NCBI RefSeq assembly: GCF_009914755.1
Contig: NC_060940.1
Length of the DNA: 64,000 nt
DNA from: the human T2T-CHM13v2.0 reference genome, Homo sapiens
Direction: 5' to 3' (one strand)
This document shows positions 30,740-43,300 of the stretch, one piece after another; the stretch's first letter is position 1, and every line of letters starts with the position of its first letter. The position numbers and the translations under genes were made by a program. Under the pieces are notes generated by a model. It was not told the DNA's origin and made no database searches. It was given only the letters and a program-made list of their open reading frames with translations.

Positions 30740-31050
30740 AAATCACAGCTGATCCACAGCCAGACATGATTGTGTCAACAGTCAACAGTGCTCACTTTCT
30801 GAGCACCATAATCTGTTGTGTTGACAGAGAAACAGCCTGTAGAGGGTTTCAAGCCCATTTGGCAAATGCAATTAATTTCTTCAGCATTAAATTGTCTTTT
30901 CCTAATTGTCCATACAGATGCACAGGCAGAAGGAGAAAGGGACAGAATGACAAGACTATTAACGTCACATTGCCAGTGGTGAAATGTTTTGGGGTGACAC
31001 ACGAAGCTGTCTAGTCACTGCAATGAAAACCAGATTTATGTCCACTATGG
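30740..31050. promoter_or_regulatory. Candidate enhancer containing a nested inverted repeat
   Basis: Repeat-free; several TGACA/TGTCA and TAAT cores; hairpin at 30773-30826. Confidence 0.3.
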
Positions 31051-31879
31051 AGCCCCTCAGGCTGAGGAAATGTCCCAGGGACCCTCCCATGCATGGGTGT
31101 GTCTGAGGTGACACTGGGATGCAGCGACCTTACCTGCCAAGTGTTCTCTGAGCTTGGTGCTGCATTTGCAGGGAGATGTTGGATTCTAGGGCTGTGTCAT
31201 GCTCCTACAAGCCTCGTGTTTTCACAGTGCAGGCACATTTCCAGGCCTGACATTTCTCCAGTGGAAGGAGTCTGGCTGTCCCTCATTGAGCATCATATGT
31301 GCCTCTAGGAGACCATGACAGCTGACACCCAGAGGACCCCAGCCTCTCTAAACCCCAGACTGGTGTACCCAGCTGTGCTTCTCTAAGTTCCCCCCTCAGC
31401 TTCCCTACTGCCACCTCCCTAGCCATTCCCTGACCTTCTCAACATAGTGACACCCTGAGCCACTCATGATTGCCAAAACCAGCAAGCCTGGCTCAGCCCA
31501 CAGGACCACTCCCTGAAAACTGTCCTTCTATCCATCACCATATTATACCACATGACTCTGACACACAGGCACATAAGCCAATGAAAGTAGGTCAATCCAA
31601 CCCTCTTTCTGTTTTCATGTGGACTCCTACTTGCAACTCAAACTGCTTAAGCTAAATGAGAAGGTAATTGCTAATGTGAATGAACTCTAGAAGGAAAGAG
31701 CTTCAGGCATAGCTGGATCCAGATGCTCAGAAAAAAATGTTATTGAGACCCTGTTCTGACTTTTATAAACCAAACATAGAATTCCTAAGCCACCCAACCT
31801 ACTGAACAGCCCTCTTTGGGCCAAAGGGACCCCAGAGAAACCTGAAAATTTGAATTCTCAGCCATGACAGGAAAGGAGG

Positions 31880-32292
31880 TGCTATGGTTTGGATGTGTGT
31901 CCCCACCTAAATCTCATGTTCAGTTGCAATCCCCAATGTCAGAGTTGGGGCCTGGTGGGAGGTGACTGGATCATGGGGGTGGTCCTTCATGAATGATTTA
32001 GTACCATCCCTTTAATGTTGTTCTTCTGATAGAGTTCTCACAAGATCTGGTTGTTTAAGTGTATGGCGCCTCCCCTCACTCTCTCTTTCTTCTTCTCTAG
32101 CCATGTGAAAGGCTGCTCCCCATTTGCCTAATGCCATAATTGTGAGTTTCCTGAGGCCTCCCCAGAAGCTGAGCAGATGCCAGCATCATGCTTCCTGTAC
32201 AGCCTGCAGAACCAGCCAATTAAACCTCTTTTTTAAATAAATTACACAGTCTCAGATATTTCTTTATAGCTATGAAAGAAAGGACTAATAGA
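31880..32292 (+). mobile_element. MSTA-like solo LTR
   Basis: MST consensus; perfect TSD GGAGG (31875-31879 and 32293-32297). Confidence 0.92.
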
Positions 32293-32361
32293 GGAGGTTG
32301 GACATGCTTCATTATACCCCCTCCCTTTTGGAATTTAGGCACAATGGATCAACATTAACAT

Positions 32362-32757
32362 ATATATATATATAAAATATATATTTTTAAAAATATATAT
32401 ATTTATATTGTTTATATATATAAAATACAAATGTATATATATTTTCATATTTTACATATACATATATATTTTTTTGAGATGAAGTCTCACTTTGTCACCC
32501 AGGCTGGAGGGTAGTGTGCGATCTTGGCTCACTGCAACCTCCAACTCCCAGGTTCAAGTGATTCTCCTGCCTCAGCCTCCTGAGTAGCTGGGATTACAGG
32601 CACATGCCACCACGCCCGGGTAATTTTTGTATTTTTAGTAGAGATGGGGTTTTGTCATGTTGGCCCAGCTGGTCTCAAACTCCTGACCTCAGGTGATCCA
32701 CCTGCCTCAGCCTCCTGAAGTGCTGGGATTACAGGTGTGAGCCATCGCAGCCGGCCC
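32362..32757 (-). mobile_element. Alu (AluS-like) whose tail has become an ~110-bp (TA)n tract
   Basis: TSD CAACATTAACAT on both sides encloses the AT-rich tract. Confidence 0.95.
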
Positions 32758-32986
32758 AACATTAACATTAAAGTAGAGATTATAGGACTTGACAAAACAG
32801 ACTCTTCGGCAATAAGATAGCAAATTCCAAACTGACTCTAGTATAGCATCACATAATAGATAGCAGATCCTGAAGGAAATCAAAATATTTTGCCCCAAAA
32901 TCTATTTGTCTGACATATTTTGAAATGGCCCTGCAAAACTATTTTGTGGAGAAAATTTACATCTGTAGAGAATCTCCCTTAATACA

Positions 32987-33051
32987 GCAGGACTTTCCCG
33001 GATCTAGGAGAGATAACTGCAGGACTTTCCCGGATCTAGGAGAGATTAACT
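32987..33051 (+). repeat. 32-bp tandem duplication inside the MER4 LTR
   Basis: GCAGGACTTTCCCGGATCTAGGAGAGAT(T)AACT twice. Confidence 0.97.
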
Positions 33052-34719
33052 AAGAGTCTCACAGCTTTTAAAGTCTGAAACCATTACCTGGAGGCTCCAT
33101 CTACATAGCAAGAACCTCAGTCTCCACAACTCCCCTTATCTTAACTCAGGCATTTCTTTCTACTGACTTCAAGTCTTTAGACACAATTTAACTCTTTCAA
33201 CCAATTGCCAGGGAGAAAATCTTTGAAGCCACTTATGATCTGTAAGCCTCCACCTCAAAATATCCCAACTCTTTAGGCTGAACCAATGTACACCTTTCAT
33301 GTATTGACTTATGCTTTTACCTACAATTCCTGTCTCCCTGATATGTATAAAACCAAACTGTAACCCAACCACCTAGGTACACTTTTTCAGGACCTTTCGA
33401 GACTGTTCCCAGAGCCATGGTCACTCACACAGATTCAGAATAAGCCTCTTTAAATATTTTACAGTGAATGAAACTGCAGTTAAGACCCGAGGGCACTGCT
33501 GGATTCCTCCTTGCCCCTTCATAGATGGATTTACAGAAGACTATTGGTCCCAGGTCATCCTCCTGCTGATGCCTCATGCCACTGTATGGACAATGCAGGT
33601 CATGGTCTGCCTGATTTATGGATTCAGCAGTCACCTGGATTCTGCTTCTGCTACATTCCTCCTACCAGATTAGAGCTCCTGGAACCAAAGATTGCCAGGA
33701 GATGACAGAGGTGTTTGTTGCACCCTTTGTGAGATATCAAAGTGCACGTGGTACAAAGAGCACCGTCATTGAAGTCAGACAGATCTGGGACCACAGGTGT
33801 GGTCATTTAGTTTCCCCATTTGTGAAATGGAGGGAATGATGCCTACGTTATAGGAAAATGTAAAGAATGAGAGACGAGTGCCTAGCACAGTGTCTGGCAC
33901 GGAGCCCAGCACGGTGCCTGGCACAGAGAAGGCCCTGAATAAATACATGTTGCATGAAAGGAAGAAGGGAGGGTGGGAGAAAACTAGCATGGTGATCAGC
34001 ATATTTACTCAATATTCATTTACTCCCTCCTTCCCCCTGCATCTCCCATTTTGCACATAGACAACTCAGCCACTTTCTGTAATTTTCCCAAGTTTTTTCC
34101 ACTGTCCAATCCTGACTCTACCCCTCCTTATCAGCCCCTGTCATGGATTACCCTGGAGTTACACACCCTGGCCCAGCCACCTGAGACACAGCTGCTTTGC
34201 TGCTGAGGAGAAAGTGAAGCACCCAGCCAGCTAGTTCTGAGCCATGAGAATTCCAGAGACAGCCTTACAGATGCAGTTAAACCTTCATCTCCATAGGTCT
34301 TCTTGTCCACCCTGGGAACCCCGGGGAAAATCAGCAGCAAGTGCTCCCCAACACATCCCTTAAGCAGTGCCCACCTGTGACATCTGGCAGGAGGAGCCGC
34401 TGCTTCTGTCTACAGAATGCCCATTTTGTGCCAGGTTGCAAACTGGTGCAAGCTCAGTCCTGCTTACAGGTGTGTTTTGCTTGGCCTAAGAGGTGTTTAA
34501 ATATTTGAGTAACTCACCAACATTTACATATCAGAAAATCTCACAATGAGATCTGTTTTAACAATCTAAAGATTGGATTTAAACTCCCTCATAGCTAGGT
34601 AGCTGCAGCCCCCTTTGGCCAGCCTGGGCTGCCATTTGTCACAGTTTCCACCAGACTGGCCTCTTTGGGCATTAGTGTTTCTTGATGTAATAATAACCAA
34701 TTCCAAATATCTATATTAT

Positions 34720-35500
34720 CTGTACATATTAGAAAGGGAGAAATAAAATTGTTCCTATTTGCATATGGCACGAGTATATAGGTAGACCATTCCAAGGAAC
34801 CTAAACACATACAAATAAAACCCCTAGAACTAATATGTGAGTTCAGCAAGGTTGTAGGATACAAGATTAACACATACAGATCAATCTTATTTCTGTATAC
34901 TAACAATGAACAAGTATAAACTAAAATTTAAAGCATAATACCATTTACAATTGTTCATAAAAATGAAATGCTTAGGAATAAATCTAGCAAAATATTACAG
35001 GGCTTGTGTGGCAAAAACTACAAAGTGTGGATGAAAGAAATCAAAGAAGATCTAAATAAATGGAGAGACATACCATGTTCATAGATTGGACGATTCAACG
35101 TAGTAAAGATGTCAGTTCTCCTCAAATGGATATACAGGTTTAATACAGTCCCTATCAAAATTTCTGAAAGACATTTGTAGATATGGACAAACTACTGTAA
35201 AATTTATATGAAAATGGAAGCAAACTAGAAAACTTAAAATAATTTTGAAAAAAAGACTAAAGTGAGAAAATCATACTACTCACTTCTAAGATTTATTCTG
35301 GAGCTACAGTATTCAAGATAGTGTGATATAGGCAGAAAGACAGACACACAGATCAATGGAATAGCACAGAAAACCCAGAAATATCCCCCTGCAAGTATGG
35401 GCAGCTAATTTTTGATGAAGGTGTAAATGTAATTCAATGGAGGAAGGATAGTCTTTTCAACAAACAATGCCGAAACATTTGGACATCCATAGAGAAAAAA
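34720..35500 (+). mobile_element. L1M ORF2 fragment
   Basis: GAAAGAAATCAAAGAAGATCTAAATAAATGGAGAGACATACCATG; homologous to about 4450-5230 of the L1MC above. Confidence 0.9.
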
Positions 35501-35742
35501 TAGCAATAAAATTCTATGAAAGAAGGGATTTTACTCTGTTCACAACTCTACTCTGGGCACCTAGAAGAGTAATTGGCACTTAATAAGTGCTTGATAAATA
35601 ATTCTTGAATGTTGAACAGTTTTTAAAACTACCACTTTTTAGCACTGTCTGTGTCTCAGGCACTATTCTAAATGCTTGATTCTGTTAATTTTAACAACCC
35701 AATGGGATGGGTCTTATTATTTTCCCCATGAGATAGAAGGGG

Positions 35743-36106
35743 TGCATTAGTTTGTTTTCACACTGCTGATAAAGACGTACCCAAGACTGGATAATTTATA
35801 AAGACAAGAGATTTAATTGGCTCACAGTTCCACGTGGCTGGGGAGGCCTCACAATCATGGTGGAAGGCAAGGAGGAGCAAGTCACATTTTACATGGTAGC
35901 AAGGAAGAAAGAGCTTGTGCAGGAGAACTCCTCTTTATAAAACCATCAGATCTCACGAGACTTATTTACTATCACGAGAACAGCACAGGAAAGACCCACC
36001 CCCATGATTCAATTACCTTCCACTGGGTCCCTCCCATGATAGGTGGGAATTGTGGGAGCTACAATTCAACATGAGATTTGGGTGGGGACACAGCCAAACC
36101 ATATCA
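35743..36106 (-). mobile_element. THE1 solo LTR
   Basis: Reverse THE1 consensus; perfect TSD AGGGG. Confidence 0.95.
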
Positions 36107-36182
36107 AGGGGATTTTGAAGCACAGAGAGGTCAAATAATTTGTCCAATATATCAGCATATAAGAGGTAGAGCCAATAGAGAT

Positions 36183-36229
36183 CATTACTTTTAATGGCCA
36201 AAACCGCAATTACTTTTACACCACCCTAA
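36183..36229. mobile_element. MADE1 (Hsmar1-derived MITE) half
   Basis: CATTACTTTTAATGGCCAAAACCGCAATTACTTTTACACCACCCTAA. Confidence 0.85.
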
Positions 36230-36377
36230 ATGCCTGATAAGACTGAATCCTCCTTTGGGTGGGTACATGACCCCCTTTCTTCTGATAAAGAAAATCAAGT
36301 TCAGAGAGATTGCATGAATTTTGGAGGCCCACAGCTAACAGAGACAGAACCAAAGTTCCATCAAGCACCTGTCTGCA

Positions 36378-36670
36378 GCTGGGTGTGGTGGCTCATGCCT
36401 CTAATCCCAGTACTTTGGGAAGCTGAAGTGAGATCACTTGAGGCCATGAGTTTGAGACCAGCCTGGGCAATGCAGCCAGTCCCCATCTTTTAAAAAAATT
36501 TAGAAATTAGCCAGGCATAGTGGTACACACCTGTAGTTCCAGCTACTTGGGAGGCTGAGGCAGGAGGATCACTTGAGCCCAGGAGTTCGAGGCTGCTCGA
36601 GGCTACAGTGACCTACGATCCTTCACTATATTCAGCCCAGGCAACAGAACAAGAACCTGTCTCAAAAAAA
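36378..36670 (+). mobile_element. Alu (AluJ-like)
   Basis: J-type dimer. Confidence 0.95.
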
Positions 36671-36681
36671 GAATCTCTCTG

Positions 36682-37310
<629 letters not shown>

Positions 37311-37429
37311 CCTGTCTGACCCCAGGACACCTGCTACTGCTTTCTGAAGCCCTGGGGCGCGGTCCTCAGGCTAAGGCTCACAGCCACACTCCCCTCTTAG
37401 CAAACCCTCTTCTCCCCCTTATTTAGCTA

Positions 37430-37800
37430 AGAGTCTGCTTGGCATATGTGGCTTTAATACCAGGGATCCCAGAGGGGCGCAGTTCACCAAGCCAGCTCAT
37501 TTATTCATTAATTTGTTTTCCATATTTCCAAACAGAATGCGACGGTTCCAGGCAAAGCAAATCAATATTGTGCTCCGCCATTCATCTTCATTCGCGCCAC
37601 ATCCGCGCGCTATCCCCGGCGCTTCTCGCCCAGGCTCCTGGTAATGGGTTCCCGGACGCTGACAAATAGGATTCTCGGAGGCAGCCACGCCACGTTAGCA
37701 GATTAAATCATTAATACCCGCATCGGTCATTTTTACGAGCCTGCCTTACCCCGAACTCCTCACCACCCCGGTGTTGAGTACACTGTTAGTGATGCAGGCA
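37430..37800. promoter_or_regulatory. Candidate enhancer, CpG-retaining, with PBX-HOX, HOX13 and CUT-class motifs
   Basis: About 20 CpGs in 37540-37775; AAATCAAT, ATTAAATCA, TTTTACGAG. Confidence 0.5.
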
Positions 37801-37830
37801 GACACGGAGAGGATGAAATTGCCACTTCTG

Positions 37831-37921
37831 ATATTTTATTGGTTGCAAGCTTCAAGATACTGATTTTCCCACTGCTTTCCTAAAATCAGGTATATTGTCC
37901 AGAGTTGCAGAAATTATTGAG
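37831..37921 (+). repeat. Donor copy of an ~90-bp local duplication (second copy at 38823-38909)
   Basis: ATATTTTATTGGTTGCA.GCTTC...AGGTATATTG.CCAGAGTTGCAGAAATTA.TGAG at both sites. Confidence 0.93.
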
Positions 37922-38134
37922 ATGAAGGCTGAATACGGACTTACTGATTCTATCCACACCACTTGCCAGAGGCTCTTCTTGTTTTCCTCCAAAGGGGAGA
38001 AAGGTGGTTTCCTGAAATTTATGTTATAGTTACAATTTAAAATTGGGCACTTACTATTTGTCAACTAAGCATCATACAAGCTATCCTCAGTCCTTACACT
38101 AACCCAAAGAGCTGCAAACTATCATTGGCTGTCT

Positions 38135-38231
38135 CTTTTTATTTATTTTTATTTTGTGGGGGTGGGTTCTGGTTGTGTTGCTCAGGCTGATCTCCAACTC
38201 CTGGCCTCAAGCAATCCTCCAGCCTCAGCCT
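38135..38231 (-). mobile_element. FLAM-like monomer fragment
   Basis: Left-arm-type reverse sequence. Confidence 0.8.
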
Positions 38232-38242
38232 ATCATTTACTC

Positions 38243-38611
<369 letters not shown>

Positions 38612-38737
38612 TAACAGGTAACTTGAACTCAGGTGTGCCTAACTCCAGAGACTGTTCTTCAGCCACTAACTATACTGCCCTGCTACCCACCATTCATTCT
38701 GATTGAGGGAGCAGGCAAAAATATAAGAGATGTCAGG

Positions 38738-39101
38738 TGTTAGGGATTGAATGTTTGTGTCCCCCAGAATTCATATTCTGATGCCCTAACTCCTACCTAC
38801 CACCCTCCAACCCCATGTACCAATATTTTATTGGTTGCAGGCTTCCAAGATTTTTTTTCCTGCTTTTCTAAAACTAGGTATATTGGCCAGAGTTGCAGAA
38901 ATTACTGAGGTCAAAATAATTTGTGGAGCTTTGATAGGTAATTAGGTTTATATGAGGTCATGAGGGTGGGGCCCCATTATGGAATTATGCTGACACCCTG
39001 ATATTGGACTTCCTGTCCTCCAAAACTGAGAGACAAATGTGCTTTATTTAAGCCACTTGCTCTATGGCATTTTGTTATAGCAGCAAGAGCAGATTAAGAC
39101 A
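38738..39101 (+). mobile_element. MLT1A/A0-like solo LTR with a foreign insert and an internal deletion
   Basis: TG...CA termini, perfect TSD TCAGG. Confidence 0.85.
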
Positions 39102-39317
39102 TCAGGAGTGTCCCTATTGCCTGGAGCAGGGTTGGAAGTCAACCCAAAGAAGCAGAGATGAGTGGGGCAAGATACTAGAAACCAAGCAGAGTGTGTACTT
39201 GTGCACACTTGAATCTCCTTTGCCCATAGACAATGCCACAGACCCGAACTTCCCCACCCTTCCAGGCAGGAAAGAATTCAGTGTATTTCTTCTAAAGTTC
39301 CGGAAGGTTTAACTTTA

Positions 39318-39520
39318 TCTCTAAAGCAGCAGATAATAAATATTTAAGGCTTTGTGGGCCGTACAGTCTCCGTCAAAACTACTCATCTCTGCCTTTGTAG
39401 CACAAAAGTGACCACAGACAATAGGTAGACAATTGGGCACGGCTGTGTTCCAATAAAATTGGAACAAATTTTGGTTACAAAAACAGGCAGTGGGCTGGAT
39501 TTGGTCTGTGGGTCATATCC
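39318..39520 (+). mobile_element. MER58A (hAT-Charlie MITE)
   Basis: AAATATTTAAGGCTTTGTGGGCC...GGCTGTGTTCCAATAAAA...ACAAAAACAGGCAGTGGGCTGGATTTGG. Confidence 0.85.
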
Positions 39521-39574
39521 TCTTAACCTGGAGGATGGGACTTTAGGATGAGACTTTACGTTTTAGTGATTTCC

Positions 39575-41040
39575 TTTTTAAAAATTTTTTGAATTTTTAA
39601 TTTTTATGTGTACATAGCAATGTTTATATTTGTGTGGTACATGAGATTTTTTGATACAGGCATACGATATGACATAAACACATCATGGGGAAAGGGGTAT
39701 CCATCCCCTCAAGCATGTAGCCTTTGTGTTACAAACAATCCAATCACACTGTTTCAGTCATTCTAAAATGTACAATCAAGTTATTATTGGCTATAGTCAC
39801 CCTGTTGTGTGACCAAATAGTGGGTCTTAGTCATTGTTTCTATTTTTTGTACCCATTAACCATCCCCACCTTGTCCCCAGGCCCCCACTACCTTTCCCAG
39901 CCTTTGGTAATTATCCTTCTATTCTCTATTTCCATGAGTCAATTGTTTTGATTTTTAGATACCACAAATAAGTGAGAACATACAATGTTTTTCTTTCTGT
40001 GCCTGGTTTATTTCACTTCATATAATGATCTCCAGTTTTATCCATGTTGCTGCAAATAACTGGATCTCATTCTTTTTTATGGCTGAATAGTACTCCCTTG
40101 TGTACATGTACCACGTTTTCTTTATCCATTCATCTGTTGATGGACACTTAGGTTGCTTCCAAACCTTAGCTATTGTGAACAGTGCTGCAACAAACATAGG
40201 AGTGCAGATATCTGTTTGATATATGGATTTCCTTTCTTTTCAGTATACACCCAGCAGTGGAATTGCTGGATCATATGGTAGCTCCGTTTTTAGTTTTTTG
40301 AGAACCACTGTTCTCCATAGTGTTTGTCCTAATTTACATTCCCACCAACAGGGTACGAGGGTTCCCTTTTCTCCACATCCTTGCCAGGATTTGCTCATCA
40401 TAGTTTTGATTTGCATTTCTCTGATGATCAATGATGTTAAGCATCTTTTCATATGCCTTTTTGCCATTGTAGGTCTTCTTTTGAGAAACATCTATTCAAA
40501 TCATTTGCCCATTTTTCAAAACTTTTATTTTAGGTTCAGGGGTGCATGTGCAAGTCTGCTATATAGGTAAACTTATGTCACAAGGGTTTGTTGCACAGAT
40601 TATTTCATTACCCAGGGACTAAAGCCCAGTACCGAGTAGTTATTTTTTCTGATCCTCTCCCTCCTCCCACCCCCTACCCTTAAGTAGGCCCCGGTGTCTG
40701 TTGTTCTCTTCTTTGCGTCCATGTGTTCTCATCATTGAGCTTCCACTTACAAGTGAGAACATGTGGCATTTGGTTTTCTGTTCCTGTGTTAGTTTGCTAA
40801 GGATAATGGCCTCTGGCTCCATCCAAGTTCCTGCAAAGACATGATTTCATTCTTTTGTTATGGCTGCATAGTATTCCATGATGTATAATTACCCCCATTT
40901 TCTTTATCCAATCTGTCACTGATGCTTTTGCCCATTTTTTAACAGACTATTAGATTTTTTTCCTATAGAGTTGTTTGAGCTCTTCATATATTCTGGTTAT
41001 GAATCCCTTGTCACATGGGTATTTTGCAAGTATTTTTTCC
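39575..41040 (-). mobile_element. L1MA 3' fragment, interrupted by a younger L1PA
   Basis: Reverse L1MA 3' end (GGGGTATCCATCCCCTCAAGCAT...TTACAAACAATCCAAT). Confidence 0.9.
40517..40926 (-). mobile_element. Old L1PA 3' end nested in the L1MA
   Basis: Reverse L1PA 3'UTR; TSD TTTGCCCATTTTT. Confidence 0.88.
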
Positions 41041-41439
41041 TAAATTTGAGTGATTTCTGAGCTGGGTATGCTGACCTGTCTTGCACCACTCAGGGGGACA
41101 AAATGGAAGAAATGTCAGCACAGGGAGGGGAGAAACGGAGTCCACATTCACAGGGCCAGATGAAATGTAAAACCTCTTCCATGGAGTAGAAGCCAAACTG
41201 GAGTCAACCAGGGTAACACAGCAGAAGATAAGTCTAATAGTAATAAAATAAAAGCAAAAATCCTTGCAGAGGTCTTTGAGGCACTCATTATATTCTTCCC
41301 AACCCAATCCCACTCTGAGCTGCTCCTGCTCTTCCCCATGCACACTGGTCTCAGCCACACAGGCCTTCCTCCTCCTCTTCCTCAAGCATTCAAGCTTGTT
41401 CTCACCTCAGAATCTTTGTACCTCCTGTTCCATCTACCT

Positions 41440-41712
41440 GGAGCCCATACCCCTGGGCCAGCCTACTGGAGAATGAGATACCACATGGAGCAGAGACAAA
41501 CTAACAATCCGTCCTGGCTAAAGCCATCCTATACCAGCAAGGCTCTGGCCAATCTACCAGCTGACCACGAATGAGTCCAGTAAAGATTGGACAAACCTGG
41601 CTCAGATCAGCAGAACAACCCAACAAAACTGTTAGAATAAATATTAGTGGTTTAGAATAAATATCACTTCATTTTGGAGTTCTTTCTTACACGGCAATAG
41701 CTAACTGATACA
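41440..41712 (+). mobile_element. MLT1 LTR 3' fragment
   Basis: CTCAGATCAGCAGAAC...GCAATAGCTAACTGATACA. Confidence 0.65.
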
Positions 41713-41864
41713 AAGGTTGTGCTACCAACTTGCTGTGTAACTAATACAAACATTTATTCTGTCTGCAAATTCCTTATCAGGAAAGCAAGAGAGTCAGAAA
41801 AGTTTTAGTCTTTCACTTGCTTTGATGTTTCAACAATATTCTGCATGGGTATACACTCACATTT

Positions 41865-42215
41865 TTCTTTTTTTATTGATACATAATCCTTTACATATTT
41901 ATGGTGTACATGTGAGTATTTGTGGCATATGTAGAATGTATAATGAACAAGTCGGAGTATTTGGGGTATCTGTCACTTTGAGTATTTATCATTTCTATGT
42001 GTTGGAAACAACTTAAGTTTCCTCTTCTAGTGGCTTTGAAATATACACTACATTGCTGCCAACTATAGTCACCCTACTCTGCTATTCAACATTAGAATTT
42101 ATATCTTCTATCTAACTGTATGTATGTCCAGTTTACCAACCTGTCTTCATGCCCACCTCCCACCTGCACACTCTTCCCAGCCTCTCATACCTATCATTCT
42201 ATTCACTACCTCCAC
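41865..42215 (-). mobile_element. L1MA 3' end
   Basis: TACATATTTATGG.GTACATGTG...TTGGGGTATC...ACTATAGTCACCCTACT. Confidence 0.85.
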
Positions 42216-42219
42216 ACAC

Positions 42220-43300
42220 ACTTCCTTTTTCAGGAACTCTTTCTTCCCTTACCTTTTATGACACCACAGTTGTATGGTTCTCCATGTACTTTTCTAGCTT
42301 CTAACTCTCTGTTCCTTCTACAGCTCATTCTTCAGTGTCTGGCCATGAAATATTGAAATTACTCAAGATTTGGATCTCAGCCCTTATCTCTCCTCATTGT
42401 AAATCTCCCAATGTAAGCTCATTCATACCCTTGGATTCATTGGCTAAACCTAGGTTGCAGGCTTCCCTCTAAATCAGTCACTAAGCAGAAGCAGGATTAT
42501 GATGTTTGGCTTAAACTAATCATGGTCCATGATTCCTGGGGATCAATGTGCTCGGGAAACCCAGCCTGAGCACAGTGATCCTCCAAAAATGGAATATGAC
42601 ATTGAAGAAAAAAGGAGGAATGACTCTGAGGTGGGCAACTAGGTATGCCTGACTGCCACACTGGAAATGAGGCTCTCATCCTCAAACTCTCCAACTCCCT
42701 ATAACCTAATCCCTCACCAAATCCTGTGTATGCTGCTTCCCTAACATCTCTCAAATTATTCTCGTCTTTTGCTCCACCTCTAGCACCTATTCCAAGCCCA
42801 TTTTATCCTTTCCCTGGATGAAGGCGATGACCACTCACTGGCCCCTTCCTTAACCTGTGCTCCCTCCCATTGTCTCTCCTTCATCCAGCAGCCAAAACCA
42901 CCAACTGACCAAGTTACCTTCCTGCTAAAATTCTGACTTCTCATTGCTTTTATGATGCAGATCAAGGTCCTGCATGGACTGGCTGCTGACAGAAGCCCCT
43001 CTATGCCCTTTCTCACTTTCTCCATTGCAGCTACACTGCCCTTGACTCGATTACTAAAGTGGGCCATGCTTCCTCCCACCACACGGTCTTTATACGTACT
43101 GTCTCCACTTCCTAGAATGCTCCCACTTCCACTTTTACCTACCTCCTTTTCATTCCGCCCATCTTAGCTCAAATGTCACCTCCTCAGGGCAGCCTCCCTT
43201 GGTCTCCTGACTGGGTAAAATGCCCCTATTACACACTCTTAGAGCCCTACGTAACGTTGCTTCATGAATGTGTATCATTGTCATCTTAAAGTAATGCAAA
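42220..43300 (+). mobile_element. L2 fragments
   Basis: Pyrimidine-rich; CTTAGCTCAAATGTCACCTCCTCAGGG. Confidence 0.6.

Larger units (their letters stand above)
31764..33470 (+). mobile_element. ERV1 LTR, MER4 family (MER4B/D-like), with nested MSTA and Alu
   Basis: AAACCAAA..TAAGCC start; CTGACTCTAGTATAGCATCACA; GACATATTTTGAAATGGCCCTGCAAA; CAGAATAAGCCTCTTTAAATATTTTACAG end. Confidence 0.85.
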
